A DNA stretch of 64,000 nucleotides, taken from Nitrospirales bacterium (GTDB taxonomy: Bacteria; Nitrospirota; Nitrospiria; Nitrospirales; UBA8639). A program made the translations under genes and the position numbers. Shown piece by piece: positions 48,375-59,904 of this stretch (the stretch's first letter is position 1; the number at the start of each line of letters is the position of its first letter). Location: assembly GCA_965223295.1 (NCBI GenBank), contig CBDCWC010000001.1, positions 1 through 64,000 of the forward strand, read 5' to 3'. The notes under the pieces are model-generated. The model had not been told where the DNA came from. It made no database searches and was given only the letters and a program-made list of their open reading frames with translations.

Positions 48375-49721
48375 CTATACTATACCAGACCGTGATTCTA
48401 AATTATGAAATTTTGCATAGTTGTCATGAAATTGAAGTAAAACTTCCCCAATGGGGCCATTGCGATGTTTTCGAACCAGAATTCTGGCGATACCTTTTTC
48501 CTCAGTATCCGGCTCATAGACCTCTTCCCGATAAATAAACATGACCACATCGGCATCTTGCTCAATAGCCCCAGACTCTCGAAGATCGGCCAAGACGGGA
48601 ACAGGCGGCTTCCGGTTTTCTACGGCTCGGCTCAACTGCGAAAGCGCCACAACAGGGACATTCAATTCTTTTGCCAAGCCTTTTAAGGCCCGGGAAATAT
48701 CGGAAATTTCCTGTTGACGAGATTCAGACGTATTCCGCCCTTCCATCAATTGCAAATAATCAACAATCAGGAGATCCAAGCCATGTTCAGCCTTCAGCCG
48801 TCGGGCCTTTCCACGCATCTGTTGGACACTCAGATTACCCGAATCATCAATAAAGATCTTCGCATCTTGCAGTTGACTGGCTGCTCCCGTTAAGGCTTCC
48901 CAATCAGCTCCTTTGAGTTGTCCGGTTCTCACCGCATGTGAGTCGAGTCGAGCGAGTGAGCTCAGCATACGTAACACAAGTTGCTCCCCGGACATCTCCA
49001 GGCTGAAAATCCCAACAACCGCGTTGGCGCGCAAAGCCGCATGCTCGGCCATGCCCAAGGCCAAACTCGTCTTCCCCATACTCGGTCTACCGGCAATGAT
49101 AATTAAATCAGAAGGTTGCAGACCGGCCGTCAAATTATCGATATCAAAGCCTGTGGGCACCCCGGTAATTTTTTCTTGCCGGCTATAGAGACGATCAACA
49201 ATTTCAATACTTCCTTGGAGAAGAGTCCTCACCGGAACAAACGTTGCCCCTAAATGCCCTTGAGCCAATCGAAATATTTCACGTTCCGCGACCTCAAGCA
49301 ATTCGTCGGTTTTGGTCGTCCCTTCGTACGCTTTCATCACCACATCCGTGGCCGTTCGAACCAGCCCACGAAGCAAAGATTTTTCCCGAACAATCTGACA
49401 ATGGTAGCGAATATTTGCAGCACTGGGTACAGCCTGCACTAGTTCCGCAATATAAGAGGCACCGCCGACTTGCTCCAATTCCCCAGTCCCTCGTAAATAA
49501 TCAGTCAGCGTAATCTGATCAATAGGCTGATTGCGATCAGACAAGCCCTCCATGCTTCGATACACTAATTGGTTAGCGGTTCGATAAAAATCATTTTCAG
49601 ATAAAATTTCCAGAGAACGATTGAGCGCTGCATTATCCAAAAGAATCGCACCCAAAACGGATTGTTCGGCCTCAAGGTTTTGAGGAGGGACTCGAACTCC
49701 TGATATTTCAGAAATCGCCAT
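48375..49721 (-). CDS. dnaB: Replicative DNA helicase
   Basis: PPQNLEAEQSVLG, AGRPSMGKT, FSLEMS, VDYLQLM, LSQLSR, LRESGAIEQDAD, KHRNGP. No intein. Confidence 0.97.
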   Translation of the reverse strand: MAISEISGVRVPPQNLEAEQSVLGAILLDNAALNRSLEILSENDFYRTANQLVYRSMEGLSDRNQPIDQITLTDYLRGTGELEQVGGASYIAELVQAVPSAANIRYHCQIVREKSLLRGLVRTATDVVMKAYEGTTKTDELLEVAEREIFRLAQGHLGATFVPVRTLLQGSIEIVDRLYSRQEKITGVPTGFDIDNLTAGLQPSDLIIIAGRPSMGKTSLALGMAEHAALRANAVVGIFSLEMSGEQLVLRMLSSLARLDSHAVRTGQLKGADWEALTGAASQLQDAKIFIDDSGNLSVQQMRGKARRLKAEHGLDLLIVDYLQLMEGRNTSESRQQEISDISRALKGLAKELNVPVVALSQLSRAVENRKPPVPVLADLRESGAIEQDADVVMFIYREEVYEPDTEEKGIARILVRKHRNGPIGEVLLQFHDNYAKFHNLESRSGIV

Positions 49722-51033
49722 ATATGTCCCCCCGTAACCGTTGAGGCAATTCTTCGGCAGTCACACGGTTTTGCCGTGGTTTCGAAGAAGAATTTGAGAA
49801 TTCTAATAAATGCATGGACGCCGGAGCACCTTTCGTTTGTTCATAGAGAATCACACGTGAAAATTCACGCCGCCTGGCTATTTGAATCGCAGAAGTTCGC
49901 ATAGACTTTTGGGGCCGCTCTATACGTTCTTCAATCACCGCGATACCCATCGTTCGTAAGGTCTGAGCCAAGGCAAATGATTCAGCGGTCTGAGGGCCAG
50001 CCGTTAACAAGAGCACAGATCCTATACCGTGGTTTCCTAAGTAGCCGCTACGCTCTAAGGCTGAAAAGACACGGTCCAAATCTAACCCAAATCCAATGGC
50101 CGGCAGTTCTCGGCCAAACCGTCCCACGAGATGATTGTACCGACCGCCTCCTCCGATCTCACTGCCTAGGGCGGAGGTAAAAACATCAAAGACCACGCCA
50201 TCATAATAGTCAAACCCGCGAAGTTCCCCAAGATCTAAGAGTACGTGCTGTTGCACACCGGTGATCGCCAATTGTTGAAAGACTTGCTCCAAACGATGTA
50301 ACGGCTTCATCAATTGTGCATCGTGCCCTGCCACACGCTTTCCCCATTCCAAGACATCATACTGCCCACAGCGCTCTGGAACCTCAAGAATATTTCTAAC
50401 CACTTTCCGGGACAGACGTTCTGTCGTGAGAATCTGTTCTAATCGCGGTAAATCTTTATGAGCTGCGGCCAATTCCGCCTGTTTTCTTCCTTTCTGGGAC
50501 AATCCAGAACGAGACAACAAGGCCTTAAAAAACCCTGCATGCCCTAAAGAAATTTTCCATTCAGGCAAACCCACCGCTTTGAATAATCCTGCCAGCATCG
50601 TCACCATCTCGGCATCACCCAGTGCTGTGTCATTGCCGACCAACTCAACACCGACCTGAAAGACCTCCCGATCCCGCCCACGATGTTCCAATTCATAGCG
50701 AAACACGGTCGTTCGATAGGAAAAACGCATGGGCACCACATCTCCGCCTAATCCCATGGCCACCATCCTGGCAATTTGAGCCGTCGCATCCGGACGCAGG
50801 ACAAGCATGCGTCCAGAAGTCCAATCAGCAAACTTGTAGCACTTTTCTAAAATTTCTGAAGAAAGCCCCACGGACAAGACATCAAGATATTCAAACGTCG
50901 GGAGAATGATTTCCTGATAGCCCCACGTGGCGAGGTAGGCCAACAATTGATCTTCTAACTCCCGCACGCGTTGAGCCGTTTGGGGCAAGAGAGTCGCAGT
51001 GCCAATAGGGATAAGGGAACGGGCGGGTTTCAT
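49708..51033 (-). CDS. hisZ: ATP phosphoribosyltransferase regulatory subunit
   Basis: PTFEY, VLRPDATAQIAR, QVGVELVG, DLGELRGFDYYDGVVF, GGGRYNHL..FG, AIGFGL. Confidence 0.9.
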   Translation of the reverse strand: MKPARSLIPIGTATLLPQTAQRVRELEDQLLAYLATWGYQEIILPTFEYLDVLSVGLSSEILEKCYKFADWTSGRMLVLRPDATAQIARMVAMGLGGDVVPMRFSYRTTVFRYELEHRGRDREVFQVGVELVGNDTALGDAEMVTMLAGLFKAVGLPEWKISLGHAGFFKALLSRSGLSQKGRKQAELAAAHKDLPRLEQILTTERLSRKVVRNILEVPERCGQYDVLEWGKRVAGHDAQLMKPLHRLEQVFQQLAITGVQQHVLLDLGELRGFDYYDGVVFDVFTSALGSEIGGGGRYNHLVGRFGRELPAIGFGLDLDRVFSALERSGYLGNHGIGSVLLLTAGPQTAESFALAQTLRTMGIAVIEERIERPQKSMRTSAIQIARRREFSRVILYEQTKGAPASMHLLEFSNSSSKPRQNRVTAEELPQRLRGDIYGDF

Positions 51034-51115
51034 GAAACCTATAGAGAAGGCTCTAATACAGCTGGCCAGGGGGAAGCTTGCCAGCTAAGGGCCAGTGTAG
51101 GGAAAAGAGACGACA

Positions 51116-52699
51116 CTAACCCAAATCAACCATACGAACGGATAAGATATCTGGCTCTTGTTTTAAAAGGTCAATCACGGCAGTAGCCAATGGCGCGTCT
51201 AAGCCAATGATCAGCAGCGCTGATTCTCCACGCTCGACCCGAGAGCATTGCATACGGGCAATATTCACTTCATGTTTACCCAAAACCTGCCCGACCATTC
51301 CGATCACGCCAGGACGATCCACATTGTCAATCAAAATCATCTGACCTTCGCAGACCACTTCCACTTGAAATTGATTAATTTCCACAATCCGTGGTTCTTG
51401 TCGATGAAACAGCGTGCCCGCCAACACATGAGTCTTTGGACCAGCTTCCACTTTCAGCCGGATCAAACTGGTAAAGTCACCCGCATCGGTACTTTTCACT
51501 TCCTTCACTTCAATACCACGCTCTTTGGCGACAATAGGCGCATTCACAAAATTAATGACATCTTCCAAGATGGGAGAAAGCAATCCCTTCAAAATAGCAA
51601 CCGTAATAGGAGCAACGCCAAGCTGGGATACCTCGCCGACATATTCAACTGTGACAGACTTTAAGCCCCCCTCTAACAATTGAGCCTGAAAACTCCCCAG
51701 ACGTTCAGCCAAGTTCAAATAGGGCTGCAGTTGAGGCAAGACTTCAGGTGCCACCGAGGGAACATTCACAGCACCCCGCGCAATACCTCTCTTAAAATAA
51801 TCCACAAATTGTTCGGCGATCCCAATGGCGACATTTTCTTGGGCTTCTTCTGTTGACGCCCCAATATGGGGGGTACAGGTAAAATTCGGCAAACTGAGAA
51901 GAACATGCTTGGGATCAACAGGCTCTTTTTCAAAGACATCGAATGCTGCCGCTGCCACTTTTCCAGTTTTCAAAGCTTCACAGAGATCCTGTTCATGAAT
52001 GATGCCACCCCTGGCACAATTCACAATCATGACACCATCTTTCATTTTGCCCATTGCTTCAGCATTTATGATCCCTCGCGTTTCGTTCGTCAAAGGGGTG
52101 TGAACCGAGATGACATCGGCCCGGTGAAACAATTCATCAAGCTCCACTACTTCGATGCCCATTCGCTTAGCCCGATCAGCCGCTAAATATGGGTCATAGC
52201 CAATGACATTCATTGACCAACCTTGAGCCAGCTTCGCTACATACGACCCTATTTGCCCCATACCGACCAATCCCAAGGTTTTATTGTACAATTCACTCCC
52301 CATAAACTTACTCTTTTCCCATTTGCCTTCTTTCATCGATTGAGTGGCTTGAGGAATTTTCCGGCTCATCGCAGCAATCATCGACATGGTATGTTCGGCC
52401 GTCGTGATGGTGTTTCCACCAGGCGTATTCATGACAACGATGCCCCGACGTGTCGCCGCTTCCGTGTCGACATTGTCCAGCCCTGTTCCAGCACGACCTA
52501 CAATACGGAGACGCCCTCCGGCGTCAATCACCTCTTTCGTGACCTTCGTGGCCGAGCGTACGATTAACGCTTCATAGTTAGGAATTTCCTGCAACAACTC
52601 TTCCTTGGACAATTTGGTCTTCACCGCAACGGAAAACCCTGCACGCTCTAAAACTTCCACTCCCTTAGAAGAAAGACTGTCACTTACTAAAATATTCAT
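51116..52699 (-). CDS. serA: D-3-phosphoglycerate dehydrogenase
   Basis: RAGTGLDNVD, NTPGGN, GMGQIG, NCARGG, TPHIGAST and ASB/ACT C-terminus (DRPGVIG). Confidence 0.96.
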   Translation of the reverse strand: MNILVSDSLSSKGVEVLERAGFSVAVKTKLSKEELLQEIPNYEALIVRSATKVTKEVIDAGGRLRIVGRAGTGLDNVDTEAATRRGIVVMNTPGGNTITTAEHTMSMIAAMSRKIPQATQSMKEGKWEKSKFMGSELYNKTLGLVGMGQIGSYVAKLAQGWSMNVIGYDPYLAADRAKRMGIEVVELDELFHRADVISVHTPLTNETRGIINAEAMGKMKDGVMIVNCARGGIIHEQDLCEALKTGKVAAAAFDVFEKEPVDPKHVLLSLPNFTCTPHIGASTEEAQENVAIGIAEQFVDYFKRGIARGAVNVPSVAPEVLPQLQPYLNLAERLGSFQAQLLEGGLKSVTVEYVGEVSQLGVAPITVAILKGLLSPILEDVINFVNAPIVAKERGIEVKEVKSTDAGDFTSLIRLKVEAGPKTHVLAGTLFHRQEPRIVEINQFQVEVVCEGQMILIDNVDRPGVIGMVGQVLGKHEVNIARMQCSRVERGESALLIIGLDAPLATAVIDLLKQEPDILSVRMVDLG

Positions 52700-52753
52700 A
52701 AGGTCACTCCGTTATAGCAAGAATCAAGAGGCTCAACTATTCATGTATGATGA

Positions 52754-53839
52754 TTAGGCGTGGCGTTTTTCGAAATCAGCCATATAGGCAATCAACGCAT
52801 CCACACCCGCTTCTGGCATCGCATTATAAATACTGGCTCGCATACCCCCAACCGAACGATGGCCTTTGAGTGTCGTTAATCCCTCTGAAACCGCTCCAGA
52901 CAAAAACTCTTTATCTAAATCCGCATTGGCTAAAATAAATGGGACATTCATCCAAGAGCGGGAGGCTCGTTCAACCGAATTGCTATAGAAGCTGGACGCA
53001 TCAATCGCTGCATACAGTTTCGTTGCCTTGCGTTCGTTAATAGCGGCCATCGCCGACACACCGCCTTTCGCTTTCAACCATTTAAAGACTAAACCCGCCA
53101 AATATATTCCATATGTCGGAGGAGTATTCAGCATCGAATCGGCATCAGCCTGCTTGGCATAATCAAACACACTTGGCGTGATGGGAAGAGCATCTCCAAT
53201 AAGATCATCTCTCACAATCACAAGTGTCACACCCGCCGGGCCTATGTTCTTCTGCGCACCGGCATAAATGAGACCAAATCGGCTCACATCAATGGGACGC
53301 GATAAAATCGTTGAAGAAAAGTCTGCGACTAAGGGCACATTCCCTGTTTTGGGAACCCAATGAAACTCCAACCCTCCTATGGTCTCGTTGGGGGTATAAT
53401 GCACATAGGCGGCATCCTTATTTAATGACCAGCTCTCAAATGCTGGGATGCTGGCAAATTTTTGGCTTTCTGAAGAGGCTGCAAGATTCACGGTGCAATA
53501 CTTTTTGGCCTCGCTGATGGCTTTTTTGCCCCATTCGCCCGTTAAAACATAATCTGCCTTCGTTTTTCCGCGTAATAGATTCATGGGAATCGTCGCAAAT
53601 TGCGAGGTCGCGCCACCCTGGAGGAAGAGCACCTTATAATTCGTGGGCACCTTCAATAACTCACGTAGATCTTGTTCAGCGTCAGCCGCCACCGAGACAA
53701 ACTCTTTCCCCCTGTGACTCATCTCCATAATTGACGCGCCGGCTCCATGCCAATCTGGCAATTCTTCTTGAGCTTGCTTCAAAACCTCTTCCGGCAGCAT
53801 CGCCGGCCCCGCACTAAAGTTATACACACGTGACTTCAT
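52754..53839 (-). CDS. serC: Phosphoserine aminotransferase
   Basis: [57 protein letters not shown]. Confidence 0.96.
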   Translation of the reverse strand: MKSRVYNFSAGPAMLPEEVLKQAQEELPDWHGAGASIMEMSHRGKEFVSVAADAEQDLRELLKVPTNYKVLFLQGGATSQFATIPMNLLRGKTKADYVLTGEWGKKAISEAKKYCTVNLAASSESQKFASIPAFESWSLNKDAAYVHYTPNETIGGLEFHWVPKTGNVPLVADFSSTILSRPIDVSRFGLIYAGAQKNIGPAGVTLVIVRDDLIGDALPITPSVFDYAKQADADSMLNTPPTYGIYLAGLVFKWLKAKGGVSAMAAINERKATKLYAAIDASSFYSNSVERASRSWMNVPFILANADLDKEFLSGAVSEGLTTLKGHRSVGGMRASIYNAMPEAGVDALIAYMADFEKRHA

Positions 53840-54002
53840 GAGACTCGGTACTCCAATCGTAAAAATTAGGGGCGCAGGAGGTAGGAAAATCATCAGACAC
53901 CGCGCCGAAAAGGTCGATACGCTAGCATAGGGTCCTGAACCAGTCAAGAAAGTACGGGTCCTTGTCATTCCAATTCATGATGCCCTACAATTGGTCGCAT
54001 TC

Positions 54003-54347
54003 ATGGAAAACTTACCTGAAAATTCAACCAGTTCTGAAATTTCCGACGCACCCATCGACAAAACCGTTAAGCCAAAATCTGGCCTTCGACTACAACTTCG
54101 AGGTGAAGGAAATTACTACAAGGGGATCCTTCATATTGGCGATACCCTCATTCCAATCAGTGATGACATTCTTGAAGAACTCCGAGCCAAAACGTCCCTC
54201 CCACCCAATGACTTTTTCCAGCTTTTCGTCGAAAAAGTAGGCTATTCTTCCTACCTGCAAGAACAAATTCACCAGGAAGTCAAGAATACAGGAGGTCCAA
54301 CTCCCCAAATTTCTGCCATTCAGCAAACCCTCAGGGCCGACTCATGA
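54003..54347 (+). CDS. Hypothetical protein
   Basis: 114-aa ORF divergent from serC with protein-like composition. No family recognised. Confidence 0.6.
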   Translation: MENLPENSTSSEISDAPIDKTVKPKSGLRLQLRGEGNYYKGILHIGDTLIPISDDILEELRAKTSLPPNDFFQLFVEKVGYSSYLQEQIHQEVKNTGGPTPQISAIQQTLRADS

Positions 54348-54744
54348 TTTCCTCCTGACATTCAAGATTCTCCGACGTACATCCAAAGTCTCGACGCTCC
54401 TTCGGCCCTAGCGCCAGAATTTACCTCAGAAACCCCATGTCGGCTTACTCTGGCTTTCTTTTAATAGCGCGAAAGTCTCATCCTTTGCTCCCTCAAAAAC
54501 ATGCTCTTCGGCTATTTCAAGAATCTTTAAGAGATTTACTCAGGTTTCCATTCCCAAAAACCGATGCGTAAAAATGAAGGACCCATAGGTGTTCTTCAGT
54601 ATACTCGTCGGCTGATTTTTTACAGCTCGTGGAAGCCGAAGAAGGATGAATCCACGTCGCTGGTCCGGTCCAATGAAGGACAAGCACATGAACCTTTTTC
54701 TAACAAAATTTATTACCCCACAGACTTTGGGAAAGGATGAAACG

Positions 54745-55440
54745 ATGAGGAAGCACTTACAACTGCCTATTTTCCTTTTGGGATTATTGATAATGTTCTC
54801 TGGTTGTGCAGAAAACGACCCGTATCGGAACACAAAAATTGGATCAGCCATTGGCGGGGTCGTGGGAGCTGGTGCTGGCGCGGCCATCGATAAGAAAAAA
54901 CGCGCACGTGGAGCGGCGATTGGGGCAGCGGTCGGGATTTTGGCTGGAGGAGGCGTCGGTCTCTATATGGACAAGCAGGCTAAGGATATTGAAAAAGCCT
55001 TGGCTGAAGAATTGGCTCAGCACGACGTGGAACTCCGGAAGCTTCCCGACAATGGATTAGAAGTGGATCTGAAAGGGGAATCGACATTCGCCACGAACAG
55101 CACAACCGTCAAACCAGGGTTTCAAACCGCCCTCACGAAACTCGGCAACGTCATGACCCAATACGATAGCACCATCGTGCATGTGATTGGCCATACAGAC
55201 GCCCAAGGAAGTGACACCTACAATCAGGAATTATCAGAAAAGCGTGCGTCGTCGGTCGCGACTCTTCTCAATTCATCTGGAGTCCACCCGACTCGCTTAT
55301 TTGCAGAAGGGCGGGGGGAAGCACAACCACGAGCGAATAATGGAACAGCTGAAGGCCGAAGCCTGAATCGCCGGGTGGAAATTTATCTCAAGCCCGTCGT
55401 CGAGGGACAAGAAGCGGAGGCGTTAAAAACTCCTGAATAA
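54745..55440 (+). CDS. OmpA-family lipoprotein with glycine zipper (YiaD-like)
   Basis: Lipobox FSGC, Gly zipper, YMDKQ, IGHTDAQG..YNQELSEKRA, NRRVEI. Confidence 0.93.
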   Translation: MRKHLQLPIFLLGLLIMFSGCAENDPYRNTKIGSAIGGVVGAGAGAAIDKKKRARGAAIGAAVGILAGGGVGLYMDKQAKDIEKALAEELAQHDVELRKLPDNGLEVDLKGESTFATNSTTVKPGFQTALTKLGNVMTQYDSTIVHVIGHTDAQGSDTYNQELSEKRASSVATLLNSSGVHPTRLFAEGRGEAQPRANNGTAEGRSLNRRVEIYLKPVVEGQEAEALKTPE

Positions 55441-55527
55441 GCCTTATTCGGTTGAACGAAAATGGCTGGCGACAGTAGAGAAGGTGCCTGGGAAATGCCG
55501 TGAATGTCAGTGCGAATTCTGGATGAC

Positions 55528-56577
55528 CTACCCGAACAATTTGTCCATAAAATTAATGATGCGCATTTTTCGATCAGGGTCTTTTTCCAAAGACAAAGCT
55601 TTCTGGTAATGCTCAACCGCTAACTCTGGCTTGCGCTTTTCTTCATAAATACGTCCCACCCCAAAGGTCGCGTGGGCATCTTCCGGATTCGCGACCAAGG
55701 CTTTACTAAAATAATCCATGGCAAAGTCATTTTGCCCTTTTTCATAGAGAAACCAGCCGATAGCCGTGGCAGCAGGAGCAAAATGAGGATTAACCCTCAG
55801 CGCTTCCTCATATTGACGTTTGGCCAAATCGACCCGGCCTTTCTGTTCATAGATTCCACCTAACGCAAAAAGGATTTCTTCATCATCAGGATTCAGGGCA
55901 ACAGCTTTTTTGTATTCCTGGATTGCCGAATCTAATTTGCCCTGTTCAGCGAGCGCACAAGCTAAATTGGTATGCCCAACAGCCTCATCAGGACGAAGTT
56001 TTAAGACTTCCCGATAGTGAGGGATAGCCATTTCTAACTGCCCTTGTTCCTGATACACCACACCAAGCTTAAGCCGCGCCGCTACATACAAAGGATCTCG
56101 CTTAATGGCCTCATTGAATGCTTTTATGGTTTGATCCATGCGTCCTTGCCGCTGATAGATTTGAGCCAGGAAAAAATGCGGGTACGGAGACTGAGGCGCT
56201 AGGGTGACCGCTCGTTGAAAACAGGCAAAGGCATCATCCAAGAGCCCTGCTTGTGTATGTAAAATCCCCTCAAATAACGCAAGGTGAGGTGAATCAGCAT
56301 GCTCCTCTCTCAGACGCTCAACCCATTCTCGAACATGCTGGGATTGCACTTCATCACCCAGAGCTTGAGAATAAACTCTCCAGGCTTGAGCAAAATCCCC
56401 TCGCAATAAACAGACAACATTCAACGCAAAAAACGGCAAGGGCCCGCAATCGTTTTGTTCTGACCAACGAGAGGCCTCATCATACACTGCCTCCCATTGT
56501 CCAGCGGCGATAGCTGATTCGACCTTCGATTGATTACCAGACGTCACCAGAACAGTCCAATCTTCTCGGTCATACAT
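55528..56577 (-). CDS. TPR-repeat protein
   Basis: About seven canonical TPRs. The start overlaps the thyX stop. Confidence 0.88.
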   Translation of the reverse strand: MYDREDWTVLVTSGNQSKVESAIAAGQWEAVYDEASRWSEQNDCGPLPFFALNVVCLLRGDFAQAWRVYSQALGDEVQSQHVREWVERLREEHADSPHLALFEGILHTQAGLLDDAFACFQRAVTLAPQSPYPHFFLAQIYQRQGRMDQTIKAFNEAIKRDPLYVAARLKLGVVYQEQGQLEMAIPHYREVLKLRPDEAVGHTNLACALAEQGKLDSAIQEYKKAVALNPDDEEILFALGGIYEQKGRVDLAKRQYEEALRVNPHFAPAATAIGWFLYEKGQNDFAMDYFSKALVANPEDAHATFGVGRIYEEKRKPELAVEHYQKALSLEKDPDRKMRIINFMDKLFG

Positions 56578-58067
56578 TATCGAGTCAGAGTGTCTTCAAT
56601 ACCAGGGGAGGTGGCCTCGATTAAACTCCCAAGATACGGATGACGTTGGAGCATTTGTTGTTTCATTTCCCAAGCCACGGTGCGATACGACCAATGCCCT
56701 TTGACTCCTGAACGCAATTTGGAAATATATTCCACCTCAGCAAAATCCATCTTAAACAAACAACGAACTCGAAACCCAAAAGGAATCGCATACAAAGCGG
56801 CTTCTTGATTATCAGTCCGCAACCGCTCGACATCCTGCTGCACGGCATCCATTGCGAGCCGATATTCTTTCTCGACCCCGGCCTCAGATAACAGAGGAGG
56901 AATATCATAACCATGGATTGTCGTGAAATTTTGTTGCACTTGCTGGCACCGCCGATGTCGATGCATATCCCTCCAGCCGCCTATATCCATCAACACATCA
57001 AAAATAAAGGCATAGCCTGACCGAAATTCCTTGGCCAGGTCATCATACGGCCCCCGGCTTTTGATCGCTGCATCGACCACCGCTTGTTTCTCTTTTTCCG
57101 ACCAATCATTCACCCATTCCAAGATCAATCGATATGGCGCCTGACTCACACGATAGACAAACGTGGTCACCAATTCGTCCAACGGGGCATGGGGTTCAAG
57201 CAGATCTACAGATTGCGTATGGCCCTTCCATGATTGAGGATTATCCAGTCCAGATTTTTTCAGCATACCCTTCACTTGGCGAAGCACATCGCGATACACC
57301 GCACTTTGATAGTCATTGGAAGCTGCGTAGCGCGCCAATGTCGGAGCCATCGATTCAAGTTGTGCAGACGATTCCTCCTGTAAATCTGCCCAAACGCTTG
57401 AAGGCTTTCGGGCACAGGCGTCCTTCAGGTCCTCCCCAATGCCTAACAACTCAGGAAGTTGGGACGATAGCAATCGGGTCATTTGCTTTTCCAATGTGCG
57501 AATACTCACCACTTGTCCCACATTAGTCTTGGCAGCCAACGGCAGCAAATAGCGAATGACATCATAGGTCCGAGCGCCAATCGTCCGATCATAATCTCCT
57601 GGCTTCATGCTATCTGGACGAGGATACCGCTCCGTTAAATGCTCATGAAGCGGCTCTTTTAACAGTCGATAAATATTATAGAGGCTGCCTAAAATACCCC
57701 GGTACACTGCTTCCGTTTCACTATTCGCAATTTCACTCGGCACATAGCAGCCTGCAGCGGCAAAGTTTTGATACCGGCTGGATTTGGCCTGGCCATCCCA
57801 CAAGGGTTCATCTTCCAAGCGAATAGCGGCCAACTCGGAAATATTCTCAAAACAAATCGTCACATGGCCCAGATCTGCAATCGACCCATGACCATAGGCA
57901 AAATAAAATTGCTCCCAAAATTTTTCTGAGGAATGCGCATGTACCCACTTCAAACTTTCTTCGATTGAATCCGGCGACCGGCTATACCGCGCTAAGGCAT
58001 AGGCTGATTTCTCCGGCGGCATCGGCGCCAGCGCAATCACTTGTCGATCTCTTCGTTCATCACTCAT
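56577..58067 (-). CDS. thyX: FAD-dependent thymidylate synthase, long tandem-domain type
   Basis: ARYSRS, YGHGSIAD, AKSSRYQ, RYLLP, RDMHRHR, GHWSYR. About twice the length of a single-domain ThyX. Confidence 0.8.
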   Translation of the reverse strand: MSDERRDRQVIALAPMPPEKSAYALARYSRSPDSIEESLKWVHAHSSEKFWEQFYFAYGHGSIADLGHVTICFENISELAAIRLEDEPLWDGQAKSSRYQNFAAAGCYVPSEIANSETEAVYRGILGSLYNIYRLLKEPLHEHLTERYPRPDSMKPGDYDRTIGARTYDVIRYLLPLAAKTNVGQVVSIRTLEKQMTRLLSSQLPELLGIGEDLKDACARKPSSVWADLQEESSAQLESMAPTLARYAASNDYQSAVYRDVLRQVKGMLKKSGLDNPQSWKGHTQSVDLLEPHAPLDELVTTFVYRVSQAPYRLILEWVNDWSEKEKQAVVDAAIKSRGPYDDLAKEFRSGYAFIFDVLMDIGGWRDMHRHRRCQQVQQNFTTIHGYDIPPLLSEAGVEKEYRLAMDAVQQDVERLRTDNQEAALYAIPFGFRVRCLFKMDFAEVEYISKLRSGVKGHWSYRTVAWEMKQQMLQRHPYLGSLIEATSPGIEDTLTR

Positions 58068-58241
58068 AGCTACATCGTCCCTAAATTTACGCCGAGAAAA
58101 GAAGGCCTGCACTATAGACAGAGCAAGGCATACATCTCAAGTTCAATTTCTCTTCAACCGATGGCTAGATGAAAAAGCCTTGAAACATCGAGGGCTCCTT
58201 GATTACACTCTGCTAACCCTTACGGATTTTTCTCCACCTTC

Positions 58242-59612
58242 ATGAACATTCCTGACCGTCAATCCATACATGGCCAGTGGTCCTCCCGCTGGACCTTTAT
58301 TTTAGCCGCCACCGGCGCCGCTGTTGGCCTTGGGCAATATCTGGAAGTTTCCCTTATCTCACAGGTCAAAACGGCGGCAGCGCATTTGTCTTGATTTATA
58401 TCATTTGTGTAGCCGCATTAGGCATTCCGCTTATGATGGCGGAAATTCTTTTAGGCCGCCGCGGCCGATCCACGCCCATCCGCTCGATGCAGATTTTGGC
58501 CAGAAGAAAACCACGCAGGGCAATGGTGGCAAATTATCGGATGGGCCGGCACAATCGCCGGCGTGATGATCCTTTCCTATTACAGCGTGATCGGGGGATG
58601 GACTCTGGCCTATATCTTTAAGTCCATCGCCGGGACATTTAGCGGAGCGACTGGCGAGTTTGCAGCCTCAACGTTTGACACGTTTGTGGGAAGCGCAGGC
58701 AGTTTGTTTCTCTGGCACACGGTCTTCATGTTCATCACCATGGCTATCGTGGCGGGCGGCGTGCAAGGAGGCTTGGAAAAAGCCGTTCAGTTCCTCATGC
58801 CCATGTTATTTTTCTTGCTGCTGCTCATGGTGGGCTACAGCATGACCACCGGCTATTTCGGAAAAGGCCTGGCATTTCTCTTTACGCCCGACTTCAGCAA
58901 ACTCACCGGGGCCAGCATGCTCTCGGCCATGGGCCAAGCCTTTTTTAGCTTGAGTTTAGGCATGGGCACCATCATGATCTACGGATCCTATGTCCCGAAA
59001 GAGACGTCCATTGCCAGCACATCGGTCATGATTGCCATCGCGGATACCGGCGTGGCCCTGCTGGCCGGCATGGCCATCTTTCCCATTGTGTTCGCGAACA
59101 ATCTTGAGCCGGCCTCCGGACCTGGGTTGATTTTTCAAACCTTACCTGTCGCGTTCGGCAACATGACTGGCGGAACAATTTTTGGTTCACTGTTCTTTAT
59201 TCTGTTGCTCGTGGCCGCCTGGACTTCGTCCATTTCTCTCATTGAACCCTTCGTCACCTGGCTCATTGAAACCTTTGGCCTCTCACGTGTGACCGCATCG
59301 GTCTATTCAGGCATCGCCACATGGATGTTAGGACTCGGTACCGTTTGGTCATTTAATCTTTGGGCTGACCTGTAAAATTTTTTGGACTCACGTTTTTTGA
59401 TCTCCTGGATTTCATCACGTCGAATCTCATGCTCCCGTTAGGAGGTATCCTCATTGCCATCTTCGCCGGCTGGCTCATGACCGCAGAGAGCACTAAAGCC
59501 GAACTCCACATTGCCAATCCACACCCTTTATGCCTCCTGGCAAGCACTGGTCCGCTACATCGCCCCGGTCGCTGTCTTCATCGTCCTTCTCAACGCCATC
59601 GGCCTTCTCTAA
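58242..59612 (+). CDS. Sodium-dependent transporter (NSS/SNF family), split by frameshifts
   Basis: WSSRWTFILAATGAAVGLG/NIWKFP, NGGSAF, QAFFSLSLG, GPGLIFQTLP, TSSISLIE, MLPLGG. Confidence 0.88.
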
Positions 59613-59904
59613 CTCACCCACCTGATGCAGCCTTGAGACCCGGCCCATCTTAACGCGTTCTTACAATCGGCCTCTTCTCCACCCCTGACTTCCAGTTCAA
59701 GATCCTGGAGCCGACAGATCCTCTTGGCCCCGTTCCCCAGCCACATCCCCACAAAAGCGCGATAGGCCGCTTAAAATTCCTATTTCCTCATGAGGGCGAA
59801 AAAGATCCGAAGGCATTGACCTTCTTATTTTAAGGAATTCAAGGAGTGCTTCAGCAAGTCGAGAAGGTAGGAGAGATAGTGTCAAGTATCGAGTGTTGTC
59901 GATT

